Positions 41,019-50,245 of a DNA stretch of 64,000 nt are shown one piece after another (within the stretch, counting starts at the first letter, position 1; every line of letters starts with the position of its first letter). A program made the translations under genes and the position numbers. The notes beneath the pieces are model-generated. The model ran no database searches. It was not told the origin of the DNA and saw nothing but the letters and a program-made list of their open reading frames with translations. The stretch comes from Rhodospirillaceae bacterium (GTDB lineage Bacteria; Pseudomonadota; Alphaproteobacteria; GCA-2731375), in assembly GCA_018660265.1 (NCBI GenBank), contig JABJKS010000084.1:14036-78035 (forward strand), in the 5' to 3' direction.

Positions 41019-42317
41019 ATGCGCTTCTTCGTCGTCGTCTCGATCATTCTCGTGCTGTTGGCAGCGCCAATCGTTTTCGGCCTTTTGGCGCTGCAGTCTT
41101 TTCCAAACGTGGAAACACCGCGAACCGTAAAGGCCGCCAATGCCCAGCAGGCAAAAGCCGTTCTGAAACGATTTCGCGATGCCTTTAAGACAAACACACA
41201 GCAAAGAAAAATTTCAGTTTCCGAAGACGAGTTGAACTCGGTCATGCTGTTTGCCGCCCGCGCCATTCCCTCTTTTCGCGGTGATGCGGCCGTCGCCCCG
41301 TCGGCGATCCGACTGGCAGCATCCCTAAAGCCACCGCGTTTACCGGGTGGTAAGTGGCTCAACCTCAATGTGACGGTCCAGCCATCCCGCCAGGGATTGG
41401 AGATTGCCGCCATTCGTCTGGGCCGATTTGATTTGCCGCCACAACTGGTGCGCCCGCTTCTGACCTTTGCCATGGACATGGCGTTGGGTGACGACCTGGG
41501 CACCCTGGCCGTCGATGGCGTGAGCGAAGTATCCGTGCGGAAGCGAACGGTGGTCATCGGGCTCAATATTTCTCCACGAATCCGCGAAACACTTCTGGCC
41601 CGCTCCAAAAGCCGGCTGCGTACGGATAGTGGCTTTGGCAACGAGGCGGAGGTTCGCGGCTATCTGGCGGCAATACATGATGCCGCCGTTGCCGGGCAAC
41701 TGCCACGAAAGGGCTCTTTCACGCCTTATCTGCGTTTTGCCTTTGACCGGGCACAAAAACGCGGATTGGGTGGCGATAGCGCCGTCGAAATGCGCTCGGC
41801 CACCCTGGCGCTGGCAATCTATTGCGGCCTGCGGAAGCTTGAGATCCTGGTTGGAAAGGTCGTGCCAGAGGGGCTGAAGATTCAAAATAGCCACTGCCGG
41901 TCCGTGACCTTGGGCGGGCGGGGTGATCTGCGCCAGCATTTCATTGTATCGGCCGTGCTGAAGATGGCCTCGGACAGGGGCATGGCATTCGCCATTGGTG
42001 AATTCAAGGAACTGCTTGATGCCAATAAGGGCGGCAGTGGTTTCAGTTTTGACGATGTGGCCGCCGATCTTGCCGGCATTCGTTTCGCCACGACCCTGTT
42101 CGCGCAGAATAACGGCGGCGGCGGGGTGCAGCCGGAATTGCTGCAAATGATGGGCCGGGAGAAGGCGGTCTTCCCGAAAATCACCGACTTGCCTTCAAGG
42201 ATGCCGGAAAAAGAGTTCACCCGACGTTTCGGCGGCGTGGACACCCCCGCCTACGTGGCGATGATAAGAAAGATCGAGCAGCGCATCGATGTTTTGCCAT
42301 TCAACGTGGTTCAATAA
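41019..42317 (+). CDS. Membrane-anchored hypothetical protein with YfiM/DUF2279-like C-terminal motif
   Basis: N-terminal TM/signal; QHFIVSA...GEFKELLD...GSGFSFDDVAADLAG. Confidence 0.7.
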   Translation: MRFFVVVSIILVLLAAPIVFGLLALQSFPNVETPRTVKAANAQQAKAVLKRFRDAFKTNTQQRKISVSEDELNSVMLFAARAIPSFRGDAAVAPSAIRLAASLKPPRLPGGKWLNLNVTVQPSRQGLEIAAIRLGRFDLPPQLVRPLLTFAMDMALGDDLGTLAVDGVSEVSVRKRTVVIGLNISPRIRETLLARSKSRLRTDSGFGNEAEVRGYLAAIHDAAVAGQLPRKGSFTPYLRFAFDRAQKRGLGGDSAVEMRSATLALAIYCGLRKLEILVGKVVPEGLKIQNSHCRSVTLGGRGDLRQHFIVSAVLKMASDRGMAFAIGEFKELLDANKGGSGFSFDDVAADLAGIRFATTLFAQNNGGGGVQPELLQMMGREKAVFPKITDLPSRMPEKEFTRRFGGVDTPAYVAMIRKIEQRIDVLPFNVVQ

Positions 42318-42344
42318 TATAGTCGGCCAAACGCCTTTGGTCGC

Positions 42345-42450
42345 CCAGAGCATGTTTATTCAAAACATGCTCAAATTCTAAAGAAAAGGAGCAATCGAAC
42401 CAATCACTTGGGTCGCGAAAGCGACTCCAATTAATTCAAAATTGCTCTAG
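42345..42450 (+). repeat. Dispersed two-stem intergenic element, copy B
   Basis: gagcatgttt/aaacatgctc and gagcaat/attgctc stems; inner gtcgc-GAAA-gcgac hairpin. Confidence 0.75.
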
Positions 42451-42462
42451 TTAGGTTCATTT

Positions 42463-42936
42463 ATGTCATTCGAAGCGTACGACGCCCCGCCTGGGTTTTA
42501 TCCATGGGAGGCGGAGCGGTATTACTACGGCACCGTGGGCCCGCTATTCCTGCGAAACCTTGGCAACAAGGTGGAATTCGGCTTCCGTTGCGGTGACAAA
42601 CACGTCAACGCGGCAAAAATCTGCCATGGCGGCATGTTGTTCACATTGATGGATATCGAATTGGGCTTTAACGCCAATGTGGAAACCGGGATCACGGGTT
42701 TTTTGGTCACGGTCAGCATGACCTCTGACTTCGTGGCCTCGGTGATGCAGGGACAGTGGGTTGAGGCCCATGCCAGTGTGGTCAAGCAGACACGCAGTCT
42801 GGTCTTTGCAGAAGGCCGCCTGTTCGCCGATGGGGAAATCGTGCTGCGGGCCAATGCGGTTCTAAAGGTGCCAAGGAACCTCGACGATTTCGATCTCGCC
42901 GCAAGCCTGCCGCCACTTTACGTGCCAGAGGACTAA
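42463..42936 (+). CDS. PaaI family thioesterase
   Basis: HVNAAKICHGGMLFTLMD hotdog motif. Confidence 0.88.
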   Translation: MSFEAYDAPPGFYPWEAERYYYGTVGPLFLRNLGNKVEFGFRCGDKHVNAAKICHGGMLFTLMDIELGFNANVETGITGFLVTVSMTSDFVASVMQGQWVEAHASVVKQTRSLVFAEGRLFADGEIVLRANAVLKVPRNLDDFDLAASLPPLYVPED

Positions 42937-42999
42937 GAGCCAGAGATCTAAAAGCCTGAGGCCCAGGGGCCTGAGGATTAATAGTCCGAGGGCTGACGG
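42925..42999. repeat. Degenerate 15-bp tandem repeat x5 starting in the last codons of the thioesterase
   Basis: ccagaggactaagag / ccagagatctaaaag / cctgaggcccagggg / cctgaggattaatag / tccgagggctgacgg. Confidence 0.65.
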
Positions 43000-43134
43000 G
43001 GTCGGATGCAAGCCCGCCAACGCCTCTACCCGAAGCGCTTCTGCGACAATTGGCGATACTGTCATGACATCTCTCATGTGAGGCTTCATAATGACGGACG
43101 CAATAATCACGCCCCGAACGACAGGATAAAAATC

Positions 43135-45030
43135 ATGGCCAATGGATACGATGCGACCTACGCCGCCTGGCAAAATGACCCGCAAGCATTCTGGGCTGAG
43201 GCGGCCCAGGCGATCCATTGGACAAAAACCTGGGATCGGGTTCTCGATGACGACAAGCCACCGTTTTACCGTTGGTTCCCAGGTGCCGAGACGAACACCT
43301 GTTATAACGCCGTGGATCGCCATGTGGAGGCTGGTCGCGGTGCGCAGGCGGCGATTATTTATGATTCCCCCGTTACCGACACCATCCGCACCACCACCTA
43401 TTCAGAGCTGCAGGCCGAAACCGCGCGATGCGCCGGCATGTTGCGGGGCCTGGGCGTGGAAAAGGGCGACCGGGTTATCATCTATATGCCCATGGTGACC
43501 GAAACCGCCATCGCCATGCTGGCCTGCGCCCGTATCGGCGCGGTGCATTCCGTGGTCTTTGGGGGTTTTGCCGCCAATGAACTGGCGACACGGATTGATG
43601 ATTCCGCACCAAAGGTGATCCTTTCAGCCTCCTGCGGGATCGAACCTGGGCGTGTCGTGCCATATAAACCCCTGCTCGACGGCGCAATTGAAATGTCCAG
43701 CCATACGCCGAACGCCTGCGTGATCCTGCAACGGGAAATGGAGACAGCCGAATTGATCCCCGGCCGGGACCACGATTGGGAGGAGGCCATGGCCGCAGCG
43801 CAACCGGCTGATTGCGTGCCCGTCAAGGCGACGGACCCGTTGTACATCCTCTATACCTCCGGCACCACGGGCATCCCGAAGGGCGTTGTCCGGGATAACG
43901 GCGGTCATTTGGTGGCCCTGAAATGGTCCATGAAGAATATCTATGACGTAGACCCCGGTGAAGTCTGGTGGTCGGCCTCTGACGTGGGCTGGGTGGTGGG
44001 CCATTCCTATATTGTCTATGCGCCGCTATTCCATGGTGCGACGACGATATTGTACGAGGGCAAGCCTGTGGGCACGCCCGATGCCGGTGTGTTCTGGCGG
44101 GTTATCCAGCAACACAAATGCGTCGCACTATTCACGGCACCGACCGCCTTTCGTGCCATCAGGCGGGAAGACCCTGACGGCGCATTGTTGAAGAACTACG
44201 ACCTGTCGAAATTTCGCACACTTTTCCTGGCCGGTGAACGGGCGGACCCGGACACCATCAAGTGGGCGGAACAGCAATTGCAGAAGCCGGTAATCGATCA
44301 TTGGTGGCAGACGGAAACCGGCTGGCCCATTGCCGCCAACTGCATGGGCCTCGGCCCCCTGCCCGTCAAATACGGTTCTCCCACCAAAGCAGTGCCCGGC
44401 TATGACGTTCGGGTGGTGGATGAAAGTTGTGTCGAGGTGCCGCGCGGTACCACCGGTGCCATCGTTGTTAAAATGCCCCTGCCGCCAGGCTGCCTGCCGA
44501 CCCTCTGGCAGGCCGATGATCGCTATGTGGAATCTTATATGGCGGAATTTCCCGGGCACTACAAAACCGCCGATGCGGGCTATCAGGATGAAGACGGCTA
44601 CCTCTACATCATGTCCCGCACCGACGACATCATCAACGTCGCCGGCCATCGTCTGTCCACAGGCGGGATGGAAGAGGTATTGTCCGGCCACGCAGATGTT
44701 GCCGAATGTGCCGTCGTCGGCGTTGCGGATCAGCTGAAGGGACAGGTGCCCGTGGGCTTTGTGGCCCTGAAAGCCGGCGTCGACCGTGATGAAGCCACCA
44801 TCTGTCAGGAATTGGTGGCTAAGGTTCGCGCGGAAATCGGCCCTGTTGCCGCCTTCAAGACCTGCACCGTCGTGGCCCGCCTGCCCAAAACCCGGTCCGG
44901 CAAGATTTTACGCGGCACCATTGGGTCTATCGCCGATGGTACTGAGTGGAAAATGCCCGCCACCATCGATGATCCGGTCATTCTGGATGAAATCACCGAA
45001 GCCCTGCGTGCCATAGGCTACGCGAAATGA
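43135..45030 (+). CDS. prpE: Propionyl-CoA synthetase
   Basis: YTSGTTGIPKGVVRDNGGH, SDVGWVVGHSY, DHWWQTETGW, LPKTRSGKILR. Confidence 0.88.
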   Translation: MANGYDATYAAWQNDPQAFWAEAAQAIHWTKTWDRVLDDDKPPFYRWFPGAETNTCYNAVDRHVEAGRGAQAAIIYDSPVTDTIRTTTYSELQAETARCAGMLRGLGVEKGDRVIIYMPMVTETAIAMLACARIGAVHSVVFGGFAANELATRIDDSAPKVILSASCGIEPGRVVPYKPLLDGAIEMSSHTPNACVILQREMETAELIPGRDHDWEEAMAAAQPADCVPVKATDPLYILYTSGTTGIPKGVVRDNGGHLVALKWSMKNIYDVDPGEVWWSASDVGWVVGHSYIVYAPLFHGATTILYEGKPVGTPDAGVFWRVIQQHKCVALFTAPTAFRAIRREDPDGALLKNYDLSKFRTLFLAGERADPDTIKWAEQQLQKPVIDHWWQTETGWPIAANCMGLGPLPVKYGSPTKAVPGYDVRVVDESCVEVPRGTTGAIVVKMPLPPGCLPTLWQADDRYVESYMAEFPGHYKTADAGYQDEDGYLYIMSRTDDIINVAGHRLSTGGMEEVLSGHADVAECAVVGVADQLKGQVPVGFVALKAGVDRDEATICQELVAKVRAEIGPVAAFKTCTVVARLPKTRSGKILRGTIGSIADGTEWKMPATIDDPVILDEITEALRAIGYAK

Positions 45031-45036
45031 TCTAAA

Positions 45037-45065
45037 GACACCGTGGCAGAGACTGCCACGGTGTC
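45037..45065. terminator. Perfect 13-bp stem hairpin just after prpE (no U-tract)
   Basis: gacaccgtggcag-aga-ctgccacggtgtc. Confidence 0.5.
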
Positions 45066-45174
45066 CCGAGATTATCCGTTGGTGCAAGACAACCTCGTAC
45101 GATAGGCCGAAGCCTGCCGGTGCCTTATTCTGCCCACGGAAGCTGCCTTGGCAAGAGCAGCGAGTTTCTTTTTC

Positions 45175-45247
45175 TGCATAAATTTTAGACACTATTTTTT
45201 AATGCCTGTTTTTTGAGCGTGAACTGTTGTTGCCCAAATATCCGGCA
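45175..45247 (+). promoter_or_regulatory. Three putative NtrC-type enhancer sites
   Basis: 17-bp TGC-N11-GCA-like sites starting at 45175, 45203 and 45231 (28-bp period), upstream of the sigma54 promoter. Confidence 0.55.
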
Positions 45248-45308
45248 TATCACTATTTTCTATATATATTTCAACGACTTCATACCTGCATACGTGAAAC
45301 CTCCGAAC

Positions 45309-45324
45309 TGGCACAGTGCTTGCA
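45309..45324 (+). promoter_or_regulatory. Sigma54 (-24/-12) promoter of the urt-ure operon
   Basis: TGGCAC-agtgc-TTGCA, exact consensus. Confidence 0.88.
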
Positions 45325-45367
45325 ACCATTAGGGTGGTGCAAGACAACCCCTTATGGAGACGAACTC

Positions 45368-46660
45368 ATGATTAGCAGACGAAACGCCCTCAACACACTG
45401 GCTGCCGCCGCTTTGGCTGCCGGCATCGGCATCGGGGCCAGCCCGGTCCAGGCAGCCGAAGATACGATCAAGGTTGGGGTGCTACATTCCCTGTCCGGAA
45501 CCATGGCGATCTCAGAGACGACGTTGAAAGACTCGGTCCTGATGATGGTCGAAAATTTGAACAAAAGCGGCGGCCTGCTGGGCAAAAAGGTCGAGGCGGT
45601 GGTCGTCGACCCGGCCTCAAACTGGCCCCTGTTCGCGGAAAAGGCACGTGAGCTGATCCAGGTGAACAAGGTCGATGTGGTTTTCGGCTGCTGGACATCC
45701 GTTTCGCGGAAATCCGTGCTGCCGGTATTTGAAGAGCTGAACAGCATGCTGTTCTATCCGGTGCAATATGAAGGTGAAGAATCTTCCCGCAACGTGTTCT
45801 ACACCGGTGCCGCGCCAAACCAGCAGGCGATCCCGGCCGTGGAATATCTGATGAGCGAAGACGGCGGCGGGGCCAAACGGTTCGTGCTGTTGGGGACGGA
45901 CTATGTCTATCCCCGCACGACCAACAAAATCCTGCGTGCCTTCCTGCATGCCAAAGGCATTTCCGATGCGGATATCATGGAAGAATACACACCCTTCGGT
46001 CATTCCGATTGGCAGACCATTGTCGCGTCCGTGAAGAAATTTGCCTCCCAGGGCATTAAGACTGCCGTGGTCTCCACCATTAACGGTGACGCCAACGTGC
46101 CGTTCTATAAAGAATTGGGCAACCAGGGCATCAAGGCCGAGGACATCCCCGTCGTCGCCTTCTCGGTCGGTGAGGAAGAGCTTGCCGGTCTGGACACCAA
46201 GCCCCTGGTCGGTCACCTGGCCGCCTGGAACTACTTCATGTCCGTAGATGCGCCGGAGAACGATGCTTTCATCAAAACCTGGCAGGCCTATATCGGCAAC
46301 GACAAACGGGTCACCAACGACCCCATGGAAGCGACGTACATTGGCTTCAAAATGTGGGTTCAGGCCGTTAAGCAGGCCGGCACCACGGATGTTGATGCGG
46401 TACGCCAAGCCATGTATGGCCAAAAGGTTAGGAACCTGACCGGCGGCATGGCTGTCATGAACACCAATCATCATCTCTCCAAGCCTGTGTTGATCGGTGA
46501 AATTCAGGCCGACGGCCAGTTCGATGTGGTCTGGCAGACCGAAGGCGAAGTGATCGGCGATGCCTGGAGCGACTTCATCCCTGAAAGCGCGGCCCTGACG
46601 GCTGATTGGACCTACCCCTGGATCTGCGGCAACTGCAAAAAGCCAACGTTCACAAACTAA
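45368..46660 (+). CDS. urtA: Urea ABC transporter substrate-binding protein
   Basis: HSLSGTMAISE, GCWTSVSRKSVLP, YPVQYEG; twin-Arg-like signal SRRNAL. Confidence 0.95.
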   Translation: MISRRNALNTLAAAALAAGIGIGASPVQAAEDTIKVGVLHSLSGTMAISETTLKDSVLMMVENLNKSGGLLGKKVEAVVVDPASNWPLFAEKARELIQVNKVDVVFGCWTSVSRKSVLPVFEELNSMLFYPVQYEGEESSRNVFYTGAAPNQQAIPAVEYLMSEDGGGAKRFVLLGTDYVYPRTTNKILRAFLHAKGISDADIMEEYTPFGHSDWQTIVASVKKFASQGIKTAVVSTINGDANVPFYKELGNQGIKAEDIPVVAFSVGEEELAGLDTKPLVGHLAAWNYFMSVDAPENDAFIKTWQAYIGNDKRVTNDPMEATYIGFKMWVQAVKQAGTTDVDAVRQAMYGQKVRNLTGGMAVMNTNHHLSKPVLIGEIQADGQFDVVWQTEGEVIGDAWSDFIPESAALTADWTYPWICGNCKKPTFTN

Positions 46661-46662
46661 AC

Positions 46663-46698
46663 TTCTACGATCTTTACGATTTCTACGACCTCTATGGG
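46663..46698. repeat. 9-bp tandem repeat x4 immediately after urtA
   Basis: ttctacgat / ctttacgat / ttctacgac / ctctatggg. Confidence 0.7.
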
Positions 46699-46738
46699 GG
46701 AGGCGGCGCGAAGGTCCATCACGCCGCCTCCCCTTTTT
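46697..46738 (+). terminator. Intra-operon terminator-like hairpin between urtA and urtB
   Basis: ggggaggcggcg/cgccgcctcccc 12-bp stem followed by TTTTT. Confidence 0.75.
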
Positions 46739-46771
46739 ATCCATTCCGTTTGAAGTGTCAGGCCAAAGCAG

Positions 46772-48397
46772 ATGTTACGAACGATCCTACCTTTGCTAAC
46801 CTTGCTTCTGGCCTGCATCACATTGCAGCCTCCGGCCACGGCCCAAACAACGGCCGACCAAACGGGGACCGAATTACTGGACGGCCTCAGGGCGAAAAGC
46901 TTCAAGGCGAAGATTGCGGCGGTTGAGAAACTCGCCGCCGGTGGCGATCCAAAGGTTGCCGCCCCGCTGACCGCCATGCTGGAAGGCCGCCTGCACATTC
47001 GAAAATCCGATCGCGCCCTGGTCATACTGGAAAAGCGCGACGGCAAAAAGTTCTTTGTTGATCCGATCAGTGGCGAAACCCTGGGTGAGGCGAAATCCCG
47101 TTCTTCCAACAAGGTGCGCGTAAATAATCGCCTACGTGGCGTTCTGCGCAGTGCGCTCGGCACCCTGACCCTGTTCAGCAAAGACCCCGACATCCGCCTA
47201 AAAGCGGCCCGGGCCATCTTCAAATCCGCAGACGGCAACAGCCTAACCATCCTGGCAAAAGCATATCTTGACGAAACAGACGATGATGTGCGCGAGGCCC
47301 TGGCCCGCACAGTGGCGGCAACCCGGCTGCGACATGGCAGTGACGACGAAAAAATGGCTGCCGTCAAAATACTCACGGATTTTTCCGATCAAGGCGTTCG
47401 TGACCTTCTTGCCAAGGCCGCACTGAGCGCAAAGGGCGATCTGGCCAAGGCGATCAGCCTGGCGGCGGCCAGCATCGATCAGCGTCTGGCGTTTTTCGGC
47501 GTGCTGCAGAACCTGTTCCAGGGCATCAGCCTCGGCTCCGTCCTCCTGCTCGCCGCCATCGGGCTGGCGATTACCTTTGGCGTTATGGGCGTGATCAACA
47601 TGGCGCATGGCGAAATGGTCATGCTGGGGGCCTACACCACCCACGTTGTCCAGGTCCTGGTGCTACAGCATTTTCCTGATGCGGTAACCCACTCCCTGTT
47701 GTTATCCATTCCCGTTGCGTTCCTGGTCGCCGGTCTGTTTGGCGTCTTTCTGGAACGCAGCGTGATCCGCTTCCTCTATGGCCGGCCGCTGGAAACCCTG
47801 TTGGCGACCTGGGGCTTGAGCCTGATGTTGCAGCAATTCGTCCGCTCCATCTTTGGCCCCACCAACCGGGAGGTTATCGCACCGTCCTGGATGAGCGGCT
47901 CCATCGAGATCACGGGCGGCCTGGTCCTGACCAACAACCGCATTTGCATTATCATATTTGCCGCTGCTGTCTTCCTGACCTTGACCCTGCTGATCCGTTA
48001 TACAGATTTCGGCCTGCGCATGCGCGCCGTAACGCAAAACCGCTCTATGGCCAATGCGGTTGGTATCCGCTCCAACTGGATTGATGCCATGACATTCGGC
48101 CTCGGCTCCGGTGTGGCTGGTTTGGCGGGCGTCGCCTTGAGCCAGATTGACAACGTCAGCCCCAACCTTGGCCAGGGCTATATCATCGACAGTTTCCTGG
48201 TCGTGGTATTCGGCGGCGTGGGTAACCTGTGGGGCACGCTCGTCGGTGCCTTGTCCCTGGGTGTCGCGAACAAGTTCCTGGAACCCTATACGGGCGCGGT
48301 TCTGGCGAAAATTCTGATCCTGGTTCTGGTCATCCTGTTCATTCAAAAACGTCCCCGGGGCCTGTTCGCCCTGAAGGGCCGCGCGGTGGAGAACTAG
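46772..48397 (+). CDS. urtB: Urea ABC transporter permease UrtB
   Basis: GLAITFGVMGVINMAHGE, RPLETLLATWG, RPRGLF. Confidence 0.94.
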   Translation: MLRTILPLLTLLLACITLQPPATAQTTADQTGTELLDGLRAKSFKAKIAAVEKLAAGGDPKVAAPLTAMLEGRLHIRKSDRALVILEKRDGKKFFVDPISGETLGEAKSRSSNKVRVNNRLRGVLRSALGTLTLFSKDPDIRLKAARAIFKSADGNSLTILAKAYLDETDDDVREALARTVAATRLRHGSDDEKMAAVKILTDFSDQGVRDLLAKAALSAKGDLAKAISLAAASIDQRLAFFGVLQNLFQGISLGSVLLLAAIGLAITFGVMGVINMAHGEMVMLGAYTTHVVQVLVLQHFPDAVTHSLLLSIPVAFLVAGLFGVFLERSVIRFLYGRPLETLLATWGLSLMLQQFVRSIFGPTNREVIAPSWMSGSIEITGGLVLTNNRICIIIFAAAVFLTLTLLIRYTDFGLRMRAVTQNRSMANAVGIRSNWIDAMTFGLGSGVAGLAGVALSQIDNVSPNLGQGYIIDSFLVVVFGGVGNLWGTLVGALSLGVANKFLEPYTGAVLAKILILVLVILFIQKRPRGLFALKGRAVEN

Positions 48398-48398
48398 G

Positions 48399-49508
48399 AT
48401 GGCTAAGTTAACCTTCACAACCCAAAAAACCACATGGCTGTTTGCCGCCGTTCTGGCCGCCATCACAATTGTGGTGCCGATCCTGAATCTTGCCGTGCCG
48501 GAAACCTCTGCCCTGCACGTACCCACCTATATCCTCAGCTTGTTCGGCAAGTATCTTGCCTTTGCCTTGCTGGCGTTGTCCGTGGATCTGATTTGGGGAT
48601 ATTGCGGTATCCTCAGTCTGGGCCACGGCGCTTTCTTTGCCCTGGGTGGTTATGCCATGGGTATGTACCTGATGCGGCAGATCGGCGACCGGGGCGTCTA
48701 CGGCAACCCGGAATTACCGGATTTCATGGTTTTTTTAGACTGGCAGGAACTGCCCTGGTATTGGCTGGGCTTTGATAATTTCTTCTTTGCCATGGCCATG
48801 GTGATGTTGGTGCCAGGTGCGTTGGCCTTCATCTTTGGCTGGTTCGCATTTCGCAGCCGGGTCAGCGGCGTATATCTCTCCATCATCACCCAGGCCATGA
48901 CCTTCGCCCTGATGTTGGCCTTTTTCCGCAACGACATGGGCTTTGGCGGCAACAACGGCCTGACCGATTTTAAGGAAATCCTCGGCTTTGATCTGCGTAG
49001 CCAGGGTACGCGGGCTGGTTTATTCGTGGCCTCCGGCGTCGCGCTTTTAGCGGGTTTTCTGATTTGCCGCGCTATCGTGGCATCGAAACTTGGCAAAATC
49101 CTGGTCGGCATTCGCGATGCGGAAAGCCGGACACGGTTCCTGGGTTATCGGGTGGAACACTACAAATTGTTCGTCTTCACATTATCCGCCGTCATGGCTG
49201 GCGTCGCCGGTGCCCTTTATGTGCCCCAGGTGGGCATCATTAACCCCGGCGAGTTTGCCCCCGGCAACTCCATCGAGATTGTGATCTGGGTGGCCCTGGG
49301 CGGCAGGGGTACATTGATCGGTGCGATTATGGGCGCGATCCTGGTCAATCTGGCGAAAAGCTACCTGACCGCCGCCTTCCCCGAGGTCTGGCTATTTGCC
49401 CTGGGTGGCCTGTTCGTTGCCGTCACATTGTTGCTGCCAAAAGGCGTGGTTGGCGCAGTTGGCATCTGGGGCAACATGGGCGCCAGGGCCCCAGGGGGCA
49501 AGTCATGA
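48399..49508 (+). CDS. urtC: Urea ABC transporter permease UrtC
   Basis: DLIWGYCGILSLGHG, LPDFMVFL, GFGGNNGLTDF. Confidence 0.94.
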   Translation: MAKLTFTTQKTTWLFAAVLAAITIVVPILNLAVPETSALHVPTYILSLFGKYLAFALLALSVDLIWGYCGILSLGHGAFFALGGYAMGMYLMRQIGDRGVYGNPELPDFMVFLDWQELPWYWLGFDNFFFAMAMVMLVPGALAFIFGWFAFRSRVSGVYLSIITQAMTFALMLAFFRNDMGFGGNNGLTDFKEILGFDLRSQGTRAGLFVASGVALLAGFLICRAIVASKLGKILVGIRDAESRTRFLGYRVEHYKLFVFTLSAVMAGVAGALYVPQVGIINPGEFAPGNSIEIVIWVALGGRGTLIGAIMGAILVNLAKSYLTAAFPEVWLFALGGLFVAVTLLLPKGVVGAVGIWGNMGARAPGGKS

Positions 49509-50242
49509 CGGAGGTACTTTATCTCGACGGCATCTCCGTCAGCTTCGGCGGCTTCAAGGCCCTAAATGATCTAAGCCTGGTTGTCGAACCGGGCGAGATG
49601 CGCGCCATCATCGGCCCCAACGGTGCCGGCAAGACCACCATGATGGATGTCATTACCGGGCGCACCCGGCCCGACAAAGGCACCGCATTGTTCCAGGGTG
49701 GTCATGATCTAACCCGCATGGACGAGGCGGAAATTGCCAATTTGGGCATTGGGCGGAAATTCCAAAAACCCACCGTTTTTGAAAGCCACAGCGTCGAAGA
49801 TAATCTGTTGTTGGCGCAAAAGGCCCCGCGCGGCCCCTTCGCCACCTTGATTGCCAAACTATCGGGCGCACAACAAGACGCAATTGACGAGACTTTGCAG
49901 ACCATCGCCCTGACCGGGGATCGCCACCGCCCGGCCGGCGATCTATCTCATGGCCAAAAGCAATGGTTGGAGATCGGCATGCTGTTGATGCAGCAACCGG
50001 ATCTGTTGTTGGTGGACGAACCCGTCGCCGGCATGACAGATGCGGAAACTGAACAAACCGCTGATTTGCTGCGCCAGATTTCCAAAACCAGATCGGTGGT
50101 GGTGGTGGAGCATGACATGGAATTTGTCCGTGCCCTTGGCACTAAGGTATCCGTGCTTCACGAGGGTTCGGTTTTGTCCGAAGGCCCACTGGATGTGGTG
50201 CAGAACGATGCCAAAGTCATCGAAGTCTATTTGGGGCGCTAG
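49505..50242 (+). CDS. urtD: Urea ABC transporter ATPase UrtD
   Basis: GPNGAGKT, GRKFQKP, LSHGQKQWLEIG. Confidence 0.94.
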   Translation: MTEVLYLDGISVSFGGFKALNDLSLVVEPGEMRAIIGPNGAGKTTMMDVITGRTRPDKGTALFQGGHDLTRMDEAEIANLGIGRKFQKPTVFESHSVEDNLLLAQKAPRGPFATLIAKLSGAQQDAIDETLQTIALTGDRHRPAGDLSHGQKQWLEIGMLLMQQPDLLLVDEPVAGMTDAETEQTADLLRQISKTRSVVVVEHDMEFVRALGTKVSVLHEGSVLSEGPLDVVQNDAKVIEVYLGR

Positions 50243-50245
50243 GAC

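Noticed and set aside
45617..46744. 375-aa minus-strand ORF
   Set aside because: Antisense shadow of urtA
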